Source: Xanthomonas campestris pv. campestris str. ATCC 33913
GTDB lineage: Bacteria; Pseudomonadota; Gammaproteobacteria; Xanthomonadales; Xanthomonadaceae
Length of the DNA stretch: 32,000 nt
Assembly: GCF_000007145.1 (NCBI RefSeq)
Contig: NC_003902.1
Coordinates: forward strand, 2,216,497-2,248,496
Direction of reading: 5' to 3'
The notes beneath the pieces are model-generated. The model was not told the origin of the DNA. It saw only the letters and a program-made list of their open reading frames with translations, and made no database searches. Each line of letters opens with the position of its first letter. The first letter of the stretch is position 1. The translations under genes and the position numbers were made by a program. Below, piece by piece: positions 23,628 to 32,000 of this stretch.

Positions 23628-26591
23628 TCATGCAACCGAGCAGGCCGGGGTTTCCGGTTCGATCCGGTTGCGCCCCTGGCCCTTGGCGCGATACAGCGCC
23701 TCGTCGGCACGGGCTAGCAGGGTCGGGGTGCTGTCGCCGCTGCGGAACCAGGCCACACCGACCGAGCAGGTGACCCGCAACGGCCGCGCAATGCCGACCT
23801 CGTACGGCGTGGCGCCGATCGCCTCATGGATGGCGCGCAGGCGGTGCTGGCTCTGTTGGGTCATGCCCGGCAGCAACAGCAGCAGTTCTTCGCCGCCATA
23901 GCGGCCCACCTTGTCGGAATCGCGCAGGCAGTTGGTGAGCCGCGCGCCGACCTGCGCCAGCACGGCGTCGCCCACCAGGTGCCCGTGTTCGTCGTTGACC
24001 AGCTTGAAGTGGTCCAGATCGATCAGCACCACCGCCAACGGGTGACCGGCGCTGGCGCACTGCTGCAGTTCTTCGGCCATGGCCTCCAGCACGCCGGAGC
24101 GGTTGAGCAGGCCGGTCAGCGCGTCATGGCTGGCCTTCAAGGCCAGCGCGGCGCGTGCGGTTTCCAGCTCGCGCTTCTCGCGCTCGAGTTGGTAGGTCCG
24201 TTCGGCCACCAGCTCGGCCAGCATGCGTTCGCGCGCCACCAGATGGCGGTGCCGCCAGCGCCACAGGCCGGCCAGCACGGCAGCGCCGATCAGCACGTAC
24301 AGCGCGATGGCCGGCGGGCTGCGCCACCACAGCGGTGCCACCGCAAACGGCCAGTCGACGATGGGCGAGGCGGTGCGCCGGTAGCGGTCGAGCACCTGCA
24401 CCTGCAGGCGGAAATGGCCCGAGGGCAGCGGCGGCTGGTCGATGGCCAGGTCGTTGGTCTGGATCCATTCGTCGTGCAGGCCGAGCAGGCGATAACGCAC
24501 GCTCAGACGGCTGGGGTCGTCGTAGACCTGCAGGCTGGACAACGCCAGATGCAGTGGCTTGTCGTTCCAGGCCAGCAGCTGGCCGCGCTGCACCGGCACA
24601 CCGCCGCGGGTGACGCTGTCGATACGCACACTGGGCTGCTGCTGGTCGAACAGCCGCGCCGGCGTGCGCACATGGCTGACACCACGCGCGGTGCCGATCC
24701 ACACCGAGCCATCGGGCTCTTCCAGGAACGCGGCTTCGGAGACATCGTCCCAGAGCAGGCCTTGCGACTGCGACAGATGCGACCAGCGCTGGCCGTCGTA
24801 GACCTCCACGCCGCTCGCGTGGCCCACCCAGATCCGCCCGGCGCTGTCCTCGCGCAGCAGGTACACGCCCGCTTCGCCTAGGGCTTCATCACTGACCGCC
24901 TGCAGGTCCAGCCCGGAGGGCCGCAACACGCCATGCCACACGCCGGGGCGATAGAAGGCCAGCCAGACTTCGCCGCTGTCGGTGACGTGGAATTTGCTCA
25001 CCCAGGGCTCGCCCGGCGCGCCGTTGACGCGGATCGGAATCTTGCTCCAGTGCGCTCCCTGCAGGCGGAACAGGCCATTGGCGCTGGACACCCACACACT
25101 GCCGTCGCCGCTTTGCTGGACATCGGTATAGGCAATCGCCGGCAAATCGGCCACCCGCTGCAGGGGGCCGCCCTCCAGGGCCGTGTCGATGACAAACAGC
25201 CCGGCCGCGCTCAGCGCCCAGAGCCGCCCCTGGCGGTCGAGCAGCAGGCGGCGCCCGGTGCGCGGCAGCTTGCCGACCTGGGCGCTGCGCCCATCCGGCC
25301 AGTCGCGCCGCACCGCGCCGGCGGAATTGAGGCTCCACACACTGCCGTCGGCAGAGCGCACCATGCTCACCACCTGGATGCCCGAACCCGGCAGCGCCGG
25401 TGCAAAGCGGCCATGCGGCACGGCCTGCCGGCCAACGCCGTGTTCGTTGCCGACCAGCAATGCGCCACGCGCGTCGCGGGTGATCGACCAGGTGGGTGTC
25501 AGTGGCATGCCTTGCGAGGCGTCCCAGTTTTCGATCCATTCGTAGCCGGCCCAGCGCACCAGGCCTTCGCCATCGACGCTCATCCACACGTCGCCTTCGC
25601 CGTCGACCACCACCGCGTGGCTGCTGCCCTGCGGCAGCCCGTTGCCGGCATCGAAACTGCGCCAGTGGTCAGACTCCCAGCGCACCAGCCCGGCGTGGCT
25701 GCGCACCAGCACGCGGCCGCTGCGGTCCAGCACCAGTGGCGCTGGCTGGCCGACGGTGCGGCCATCGAGCACCGGCAGTGGCCGTACCGTGAAGTTGTGT
25801 GCGCCCGGTGCGCGGTACACGATCGTGCCCACGCCGCGGGCCCACAGCCCACCTGCGCGGTCACGCAACACGCTGTACCAGCGATCGTCCGGCACGCCTT
25901 GCTGCGGGCCGTAGACCTGCACCTGGCGCTGCGCATCGATCGCACACAGCTGGCGTCCGCAGCCGGCCCACAAGGTGTCGCCATCCACCGACAGGCTCAG
26001 CACCTTGGACAGGTCCGGCACGCGCACCCGGGTGGCGGTGTCCAGCAGCGGTTCGCTATGCCAGCGTTCGCGTGCACGTGGCAACAGCCGCAGCAGGGTC
26101 CCGTTATTGGCCAGCACGGTGCCCCACGGCAGGCTGGCCAGCAACACGCCGTCTTGCAGGTGGTTGACTTCAGTGGTGTCGAGCTTGCGAAAGCCGTGTT
26201 CGTCGCCGACGAACAGGCTCTGGAAACCGGCCACCCACAAGCGCCCGTCGGGCGCTTCGCTCATCGACGAAATGGGTTCGTTGCGCAGGCCATCCAGTGG
26301 CGACTGCTGAAAATTGCGGCCATTGAAGCGATACAGCCCGGTTTCGGTGCATACCCACAGCAATGTGTTGCGGGTCTGCAGCAGGCAGGTGCCGGCCAGG
26401 CCGAGCAGGCCTTGATCGTGTGCGTAGCGACGGATGGTGGCGGTCTGCGCACCGGCGAGTTCGGCAAACGCCAGCCACAGCAGTACCAACAGCAGCGCCA
26501 CGCCTTTCGACGGACGCCGGCTTGGCGAAATGCACTGGCGGTTCTCGAACCCCACGGGCGTCGCGCTCTCCCACGCAGCGGCAGGCGTCAA
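23628..26591 (-). CDS. Periplasmic beta-propeller (two-component regulator propeller plus Y_Y_Y) sensor diguanylate cyclase
   Basis: A signal/TM segment is followed by many ..LW(V/A)..GL..(F/W) propeller blades and a Y_Y_Y-like SVRYRLLGLHDEW. Then come a TM helix, a coiled coil and a GGDEF domain with RDSD-x5-GGEEL (I-site plus active site). The exact start is uncertain. Confidence 0.85.
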   Translation of the reverse strand: MTPAAAWESATPVGFENRQCISPSRRPSKGVALLLVLLWLAFAELAGAQTATIRRYAHDQGLLGLAGTCLLQTRNTLLWVCTETGLYRFNGRNFQQSPLDGLRNEPISSMSEAPDGRLWVAGFQSLFVGDEHGFRKLDTTEVNHLQDGVLLASLPWGTVLANNGTLLRLLPRARERWHSEPLLDTATRVRVPDLSKVLSLSVDGDTLWAGCGRQLCAIDAQRQVQVYGPQQGVPDDRWYSVLRDRAGGLWARGVGTIVYRAPGAHNFTVRPLPVLDGRTVGQPAPLVLDRSGRVLVRSHAGLVRWESDHWRSFDAGNGLPQGSSHAVVVDGEGDVWMSVDGEGLVRWAGYEWIENWDASQGMPLTPTWSITRDARGALLVGNEHGVGRQAVPHGRFAPALPGSGIQVVSMVRSADGSVWSLNSAGAVRRDWPDGRSAQVGKLPRTGRRLLLDRQGRLWALSAAGLFVIDTALEGGPLQRVADLPAIAYTDVQQSGDGSVWVSSANGLFRLQGAHWSKIPIRVNGAPGEPWVSKFHVTDSGEVWLAFYRPGVWHGVLRPSGLDLQAVSDEALGEAGVYLLREDSAGRIWVGHASGVEVYDGQRWSHLSQSQGLLWDDVSEAAFLEEPDGSVWIGTARGVSHVRTPARLFDQQQPSVRIDSVTRGGVPVQRGQLLAWNDKPLHLALSSLQVYDDPSRLSVRYRLLGLHDEWIQTNDLAIDQPPLPSGHFRLQVQVLDRYRRTASPIVDWPFAVAPLWWRSPPAIALYVLIGAAVLAGLWRWRHRHLVARERMLAELVAERTYQLEREKRELETARAALALKASHDALTGLLNRSGVLEAMAEELQQCASAGHPLAVVLIDLDHFKLVNDEHGHLVGDAVLAQVGARLTNCLRDSDKVGRYGGEELLLLLPGMTQQSQHRLRAIHEAIGATPYEVGIARPLRVTCSVGVAWFRSGDSTPTLLARADEALYRAKGQGRNRIEPETPACSVA

Positions 26592-26685
26592 GGCCGGTGC
26601 ATCATGCGCCGTACCTCACGGGTGCCATGGACGGCCGGTCGTGCAAGCCGCGTTACCACGCTAACGGCTGCAGTGACGGCTTTCT

Positions 26686-29676
26686 TTAACCGGCGTTGTC
26701 GGCGTTGCGTGCTGCATCACTGGCGTGCAGCTGCGGCGCAGCGTCGTATGCGATGCGGTTGCGTCCGTTGCGCTTGGCCAGATACAGCGCTGCGTCGGCG
26801 CGTGCGAGCAGGTGTTCGACGCTGTCGCCGGGGTGCCGCCAGGCCACGCCGATCGAACAGGTGATCGGCAGCACGACCTCGCCGGTGGGGTAATCGCCGC
26901 AGATGCCGGCGTGCAACGCGTCCAGGCGATGGGTTGCATCAGCACCAAGGCCGGGCAGCAGCGCCAGCAATTCTTCGCCGCCATAGCGGCCGATCCGGTC
27001 GTTGCCACGCACCAGCGCATTCAAACGCTTGCCGACGCCCGCCAGCACCGCATCGCCGGCCAGATGGCCGTGCTGGTCGTTGACCTGCTTGAAGTAGTCC
27101 AGGTCGATCAGCACCACCGCCAGCGGTTGCTCGCGCAGCGGCGCGCTGTCGAGCATGCCGCGGAGCGCTTCCAGAATGCCGGCGCGGTTGAGCAGGCCGG
27201 TCAATTCGTCATGCGTGGCCTTGTGCGTCAATGCCGCGCGTGCGGCCTCCAGGTCGCGCTTGTCCTGCTCGAGCTCGGCGGTGCGTTCGGCGATGAGATG
27301 TTCCAGCTCTTGCTTGCGCGCCAGCAACTTGCGCGTGCGCCAACGCAGCAGCGCCACCACGCCGCCGATGCCGGCCAGCACGTACGCCACGATGGCCAGC
27401 GCGCTGCGCCACCACGGCGGTCGCAGTGCGAAGGCGAACTGCGCAATGGGGCTGGCGCTGCGTTGGTAGGCGTCTAACGCCTGCACTTCCAGCGTGTAGT
27501 TGCCCGGTGGCAGCAAGGGGTAGGTGATGTGGCTGAGCGAGGTGGTGGTCCAGCGTGCCTGGCGGCCTTCCACCCGGTAGCGGAAGCTGATGCGCTCCGG
27601 CCCGCCTTCCACACCGGGGGTGCGCAGGTCGATCTCCAGCGGCGTCTCCGACCAGCCCACCGATGCATCCGCACGCAGGCTGCGCTCGCCGCGCTGCACC
27701 TGGGCGATCTCCACCCGCAATGGCGGTGCAGCAAACAGGCGCTCGGGCTGGCGCAGATGGCTCAGGCCGCGGCTGCTGCCGATCCAGATGCTGCCGTCGG
27801 TGTCTTCGAAAAACGCATTGGCCGACATGTCGTCCCACAGCAGCCCCTCGGCGCGGGTGATCCGCGACCAATGGCCGTGCTGATACAGATCCAGCCCCTG
27901 GCTGCTGCCCACCCACAGCCGGCCCTTGCGGTCGTGACGCAGGATGAAGGGCATGACCTTTGAGACCAGCGGGTCGGTCACTGCCTGCAGCGCCACGCTG
28001 CCGTCGGGCTGCACACGCCCGTGCCACAGGCCCACCTCGCGCAGCGACACCCAGAGCTCGCCATCGGCGGCGAAGTCGAGCTGGAACAGGTCCTGGCTGG
28101 GCAGATCGCCATGCACCGGCACCTGCACCCAGCGGTTGCCATCGCGGCGATACAGGCCATCGGCGGTGGCCGCCCACAGCCGGCCCTGCGCGTCGAGATC
28201 GAGATCGCCGATAAAGGTACCGGCCAACGCGACATCGGGTGCCAGCGGGTAGGGTGCCTGGCTGCTGCCGTGGTAGATGCCGCGCGGGGTGGCCATCCAC
28301 AGCGTGCCGCTGCGGTCGAAGACCAGTTTGTAGACCGGGCTCGGCAGGTCCATCACCCGGCGCGTCTGCCCGGTGATCGGGTCGCGGCGCGCAATGGCCC
28401 CGGAAAAAAACGACACCCAGCCCGCGCCATCGGGCGCCACCGCAATGGCCAGCGCCTGCGGCAGCGGCTGGCCGTCGTGTTGCAGCCAGGGCTGCGCGCG
28501 CTGCGCCTGTGCCGGCAGCAGGCTGCCGCCGCCGTCCGCACCCACCGCCAGGGTGCCGTCGGGTAGCCGTTGGATGGCCCAGGTGGGCGCGGCGGCCATG
28601 CCCTGTGCTTCGGTCAGGTGTTCGATGCTGCCGTAGCCGAGCCAGCGCTGGATCCCCATGCCGCGCGTGCCGATCCACAAGGTGCCGGTGGATTGCTGCA
28701 GCAGCGGGCCCACCATCGCATCCAGGTGCAGGCCCTGGTCGGCACCGATCGCCGTCCAGTGGCCGTCCTGCCAACGCACCAGGCCATGGTCGGCACGCGT
28801 CAGCAGCCGGCCTTGCGGGTCTTCCACCATGGTGGTGGCGCCCGACAGTGTGTTGAAGGTGGCTTGCGCGCTGGACGGATGCGAACGGAAACGCCCCTCG
28901 CCTGGCCCGCGCGAGATGATCAGGCCACCGCCACGCAACCACAGCCGGCCAGCACGGTCGCGAAAGATCACCCGCCAGCGCTTGGCCGGCACGCCTTCCT
29001 CGTCCGAGAGCACCTCCACCAGCGTGCCGTGCGCATCCAGCCTGCAGACAGTTGCCGCGCAGGCCACCCACAAATCGTTGCCATCGGCCAGCAAGGCGCG
29101 GCGCGGCGGCAGCACCGTGCCATCGGCGGCACGCAGCGGCAGCGGCTGCACCTGCCAGCCGGTGACTGCGGCAGGGGTCAGCGCCAGCAGCGTGTTGTCG
29201 CTCACCACCGCCACACCGTTGCGGTAGGCGGCGATCACGTTGCCGGCATCGGCGCGGATCCGCTTGCCGTTGTAGTGCACCTGCTCGAAGCGCTCGCCGA
29301 TGCGGACGAACACGCCGTTGGCGGTGGCCACCCACAACCGCCCGGCGCGGTCCAGGGTCAGTGCACGGGTATAGCGGGCATCGAGCCCTTGTTCGGCACC
29401 CACCGGGACGAAGCGATCGCGCTCGAAGCGGTGCAGCGCGGTTTCGGTGGCCACCCAGACCGCGCCGTTGCGGTCTTCGAGGATGCCGTTGACCGACATC
29501 CCCTGCAGGCCATCGGCCTGGTCGTATTCGCGAAAGCTGAAGGTCTGTGCATGCGCCGCACCTGCGGTGCCCAGCAGGGCAAGCACCAGCATGCAGACCG
29601 CCGGCAGCCACGGCCGAGCCCGCAGCGAACCGCGGCGCGGGAGCAGCAGGGCGAGCAGGGCAGGCAGCGTGGGCAT
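26686..29676 (-). CDS. Paralogous periplasmic beta-propeller sensor diguanylate cyclase
   Basis: The architecture matches 23628-26591: SFRYRVEGRQARW, a TM helix, a coiled coil and RGNDRIGRYGGEELLALLPG. The GGDEF domains look very similar by eye. Confidence 0.85.
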   Translation of the reverse strand: MPTLPALLALLLPRRGSLRARPWLPAVCMLVLALLGTAGAAHAQTFSFREYDQADGLQGMSVNGILEDRNGAVWVATETALHRFERDRFVPVGAEQGLDARYTRALTLDRAGRLWVATANGVFVRIGERFEQVHYNGKRIRADAGNVIAAYRNGVAVVSDNTLLALTPAAVTGWQVQPLPLRAADGTVLPPRRALLADGNDLWVACAATVCRLDAHGTLVEVLSDEEGVPAKRWRVIFRDRAGRLWLRGGGLIISRGPGEGRFRSHPSSAQATFNTLSGATTMVEDPQGRLLTRADHGLVRWQDGHWTAIGADQGLHLDAMVGPLLQQSTGTLWIGTRGMGIQRWLGYGSIEHLTEAQGMAAAPTWAIQRLPDGTLAVGADGGGSLLPAQAQRAQPWLQHDGQPLPQALAIAVAPDGAGWVSFFSGAIARRDPITGQTRRVMDLPSPVYKLVFDRSGTLWMATPRGIYHGSSQAPYPLAPDVALAGTFIGDLDLDAQGRLWAATADGLYRRDGNRWVQVPVHGDLPSQDLFQLDFAADGELWVSLREVGLWHGRVQPDGSVALQAVTDPLVSKVMPFILRHDRKGRLWVGSSQGLDLYQHGHWSRITRAEGLLWDDMSANAFFEDTDGSIWIGSSRGLSHLRQPERLFAAPPLRVEIAQVQRGERSLRADASVGWSETPLEIDLRTPGVEGGPERISFRYRVEGRQARWTTTSLSHITYPLLPPGNYTLEVQALDAYQRSASPIAQFAFALRPPWWRSALAIVAYVLAGIGGVVALLRWRTRKLLARKQELEHLIAERTAELEQDKRDLEAARAALTHKATHDELTGLLNRAGILEALRGMLDSAPLREQPLAVVLIDLDYFKQVNDQHGHLAGDAVLAGVGKRLNALVRGNDRIGRYGGEELLALLPGLGADATHRLDALHAGICGDYPTGEVVLPITCSIGVAWRHPGDSVEHLLARADAALYLAKRNGRNRIAYDAAPQLHASDAARNADNAG

Positions 29677-29780
29677 CGTTTCCTGTCGACGGAAGAAGGG
29701 CAGTGAACACTGGCGATTGCCGCCATCAATCGTCCACCAGCATTGTCGGCCATGGCACCTAAAGCTTGAGGCCGGTCACG

Positions 29781-30572
29781 CTATCCTGTCAGTGCGCGCG
29801 CCGCATCGAACGCACTGTCGAACAGCCGTTGCACTGGCGGTGCGAATTCGCTGGCGAAACTGGACAGCAGGAACAGCCCCAGCAACACCGTCAGCGGCAA
29901 GCCCAGCTGCATCGGATTCAGCGCGGGCGCGGCCTTGGCAAGCGCACCAAAGGCCAGATTCACCGCCAGCATCGCCACCATCATCGGCAAGGCCAGGGTC
30001 AGCCCACCACGCAGCACCTGCAGCAGCAAGGTGGGGGCCACTTCGGCAAACGCCGCCGCATCCGGCACCGCGGTGCCGATCGGCAAGGCCTTGTAGCTGT
30101 CCACCAGCAACGCGATCACCGCCAGGTGCCCATTGGCCGCGAAGAACAGCAGCCCGAAGCCGATGTAGAACCACTGCGCGATCACACCGGAGGTCACCCC
30201 GCGCAGCGGGTCGGACATCTGCGCGAACGACAGACCGGTGGCCTGCGACACCAGCTCGCCGGCCAGCGCACCGGCCTCGAAGATCAGCCGCAGCATGAAA
30301 CCCATGCTGGCCCCCACGGCCAGCTCGCGCGCAATGCTCAGCACCGCGGTGGCATTGAACCCGTCCCACTCCGGCACCGGCGGCAGGATCGGCGCCAGCG
30401 CCATCGCCAGGGTCCCGGTCAGCATGACCCGCACCCGCCCCGGCACCGCCCGCGTCCCGATCAACGGCATCGCAGTCAGCAGCGCACCGGTGCGCAGCAT
30501 CGTCCACATGATCGCCCCGACCATCGCAAACGCGCGCTGGCCATCGATCACCATCTGGGTAGCGGCATCCAT
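29781..30572 (-). CDS. fliR: Flagellar export apparatus protein FliR
   Basis: A 263-aa polytopic membrane protein located after fliQ, with FliR-like segments (RTGALLTAMPLIG.., LLLQVLRGGLTLALPMMVAML). Confidence 0.85.
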   Translation of the reverse strand: MDAATQMVIDGQRAFAMVGAIMWTMLRTGALLTAMPLIGTRAVPGRVRVMLTGTLAMALAPILPPVPEWDGFNATAVLSIARELAVGASMGFMLRLIFEAGALAGELVSQATGLSFAQMSDPLRGVTSGVIAQWFYIGFGLLFFAANGHLAVIALLVDSYKALPIGTAVPDAAAFAEVAPTLLLQVLRGGLTLALPMMVAMLAVNLAFGALAKAAPALNPMQLGLPLTVLLGLFLLSSFASEFAPPVQRLFDSAFDAARALTG

Positions 30573-30584
30573 CAGCGCGTGCCG

Positions 30585-30854
30585 CTACCCGATCAGATGC
30601 GGAATGCGGTGGAACAACTCGATGGTGAACTCCACCAGATGTCCCAGCAGCATGCTGCCAGTGGCAAACAGGGTTGCGGTCAAGGCAACGGCCTTGGCGA
30701 CAAAGCCGATGGTGGGTTCGTTCAACTGGGTGGCGGCCTGCACCACACCAATCACGACACCAACGACCAGCACCGCCAGCAACATCGGTCCGGCAATCCA
30801 CAAGACGGTGACCAGGCCACCACGCAATTCGGTCAGGGCGATTTCAGGGCTCAT
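30585..30854 (-). CDS. fliQ: Flagellar export apparatus protein FliQ
   Basis: An 89-aa protein: MSPEIALTELRGGLVTVLWIAGPMLLAVLVVGVVIGVVQAATQLNEPTIGFVAK.. The longer ORF in the track (to 31166) is a non-coding extension. Confidence 0.9.
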   Translation of the reverse strand: MSPEIALTELRGGLVTVLWIAGPMLLAVLVVGVVIGVVQAATQLNEPTIGFVAKAVALTATLFATGSMLLGHLVEFTIELFHRIPHLIG

Positions 30855-30866
30855 GGGGAGTGCTGA

Positions 30867-30882
30867 TGCAAGTGCGGTGCCA
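30867..30882 (-). promoter_or_regulatory. Perfect sigma-54 consensus motif abutting the fliQ start codon
   Basis: The minus strand reads TGGCAC-CGCAC-TTGCA (11 of 11 consensus positions). Only 12 nt separate TTGCA from the fliQ ATG, so the predicted start site is about 2 nt before the ATG. Confidence 0.5.
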
Positions 30883-30887
30883 AAGGA

Positions 30888-30915
30888 GGGGATTGGGGAG
30901 GTGGGATTGGTGATT
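30888..30915. repeat. Degenerate heptamer array GGGGATT GGGGAGG TGGGATT GGTGATT
   Basis: Four heptamer-like units start 5 nt beyond the -24 element of the fliQ sigma-54 motif. Confidence 0.7.
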
Positions 30916-30954
30916 CGTTTGGAGCAGGGGCTGAAGTGCCCGATGCGGGCACGC

Positions 30955-31074
30955 ATTGCGGTGGTGCACCGAGCAAGGATTGTTGAGTCTGTCGACACGG
31001 GAGTGGGGATCGTTCTGGTCACGGTGCCGAAGCGCCCGGTTGGGACTGATTGCGGTGGCGCACCGAGCAGCGAT
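30955..31074. repeat. Two 26-bp direct repeats ATTGCGGTGG(T/C)GCACCGAGCA(AG/GC)GAT, candidate enhancer-binding sites
   Basis: The copies lie at 30955-30980 and 31049-31074. The first contains the palindrome GGTGCACC. They sit about 100 and 195 bp upstream of the predicted fliQ start site. Confidence 0.35.
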
Positions 31075-31194
31075 GCGGCGAATCTGCCGCTGCCGCTGTG
31101 GAAGCCATACTCGCTGTTGGGCTTGAGCCCGCTCAGTTGGCCGGTGATACGCAGTGCGCCCTCCACGGTCTTGAAGGTGGCCGTGCCCCTTACC

Positions 31195-31890
31195 TCGTCG
31201 CTGTCGCTGTCCCTTCGCTGTTACTAGCTGTTCTCGGCCGTTGCTCAGCTTTGCTGTTGCCTGGCTTTTGCTGTTCTGCTTCGGGGTCCCCCATACCGCA
31301 GCGGCAGGCCACGTGGGTCAAACCCCAGCGGGGCGGCGCGCATGGATGCGCGACGTTTTTCAAAGGGACAGGGACGTCCCTTTGAAAAATTCCCACGTGG
31401 ACTGCGTACCCGGAGCGCCTTGGCGCGGAGGGGCGCGAGGACGGGGGTGTGTTTCTTTGGTTACTTTCTTTGCACAAGCAAAGAAAGTAACTCGACCCCC
31501 GAAGGGGGCCGAAAGCTCTGCTTTCGCTTGAGCTTTTGCTGTGTGTTGGAGCAATCAATCAAATGCTTTCACGCCCTCCGGGCGCGAGTCACTTTTCTTT
31601 GCTTGTGCAAAGAAAAGTAACCAAAAGAAAGCACACCCCGTCCTCGCGCCCTCCGCGCCAAGGCGCTCCGGGTCCGCAAGTCCGACAGAAATTTTTGTAA
31701 GGGACATCCATGTCCCTTACAAAAACGTCGCGCATCCATGCGCGCCGCCCTGCGGGTTGTATCTGCCGGCCTTGCCGCTGCGGTATGGGGCCCCGGAAAA
31801 GCTGAAAGCCAGAGCTAAGGCAAAGCAAAAAGCGGCAAGCGGCGAGCGGCAATCCGAGCTGATGGTTGAGCAGTCCAGCGTTGCCGTGCC
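31195..31890. repeat. Large composite inverted repeat of nested palindromes (MITE/REP-like) between fliP and fliQ
   Basis: Core arms 31289-31491 and 31592-31790 are reverse complements of each other. Each arm holds three hairpins: GCGCATGGATGCGC, TTTTTCAAAGGGAC..GTCCCTTTGAAAAA, and GTTACTTTCTTTGC-ACAA-GCAAAGAAAGTAAC. Weaker similarity extends to about 31195 and 31890. Confidence 0.85.
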
Positions 31891-31939
31891 GAAATCATTC
31901 AACTAGGGCCGTGCTACCGCGCGCAACGCGCGTCCACAC

Positions 31940-32000
31940 CTACGACGCGTTAAAGCTCGCCGCCAGCGTGCCCACCACCAACACCCACCCATCCACCAGG
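31940..32000 (-). CDS. fliP: Flagellar export apparatus protein FliP, extreme C-terminus (rest lies outside the window)
   Basis: The minus strand reads LVDGWVLVVGTLAASFNAS*, which matches the conserved FliP C-terminal LVDGW.L.VG.LA.SF motif. Confidence 0.6.
   Translation of the reverse strand, partial: LVDGWVLVVGTLAASFNAS

Noticed and set aside
29753-29767. A TGGCAC-containing sigma-54-like motif on the plus strand downstream of fliR.
   Set aside because: The GC dinucleotide is mis-spaced (GG-N8-GC instead of GG-N10-GC), and no plus-strand gene lies downstream.
30855-31166. An N-terminal extension of fliQ to a 193-aa ORF.
   Set aside because: The extension has no FliQ-like or membrane character and runs through repeat DNA. 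The 89-aa form starting MSPEIAL matches FliQ length and sequence pattern.
31241-31906. Short ORFs (about 60-120 aa) across the fliP-fliQ spacer, for example 31241-31531, 31541-31906 and 31190-31558.
   Set aside because: They are translations of both arms of the inverted repeat in several frames, which gives mirror-image peptides. They have no start context or coding signal.

Overview
High-GC window that looks like Xanthomonadaceae (Xanthomonas or Stenotrophomonas); all calls come from reading the sequence and from remembered family motifs, with no searches run. From about 10.8 kb to 32 kb it is a minus-strand flagellar/chemotaxis region: fliP (3' end only), fliQ, fliR, three c-di-GMP signalling genes (two tandem propeller-GGDEF paralogs and one MHYT-GGDEF-EAL), flhB, flhA, flhF, flhG, fliA, cheY, cheZ, cheA. 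From about 1.0 kb to 10.9 kb a visibly lower-GC accessory array sits between a plus-strand TonB-dependent receptor gene and the convergent cheA. The array holds three cargo modules, and each ends right after its last stop codon in the same boundary repeat (AAATAACGGTTCCAGGTTCAGTTCCACGGCAGCC...). Module 0 is a lipoprotein plus an unknown protein, bracketed by ~55-bp inverted copies of that repeat. Module 1 has a candidate small RNA, a small HTH-like ORF coupled to a SymE-family toxin-like ORF, a lipoprotein, and an HExxH protein with a C-terminal XVIPCD-type domain, the signal of effectors of the Xanthomonadales bacteria-killing type IV secretion system. Module 2 is a deletion variant with a paralogous orphan lipoprotein, a second lipoprotein and a second XVIPCD protein. 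The repeat between modules 1 and 2 carries a displaced 40-codon copy of the cheA 3' end and is split by an IS10-like element with an intact 9-bp target duplication. Other non-genic structure: three sigma-54-type promoter motifs (before flhF, flhB and fliQ), GGGAATC/GGGGATT heptamer microsatellites at four sites, a GTAG-type REP array and a 50-bp tandem duplication at the flhA 3' end. About 1.08 kb of nested palindromes also separates fliP from fliQ. No rRNA, tRNA or CRISPR array was found.
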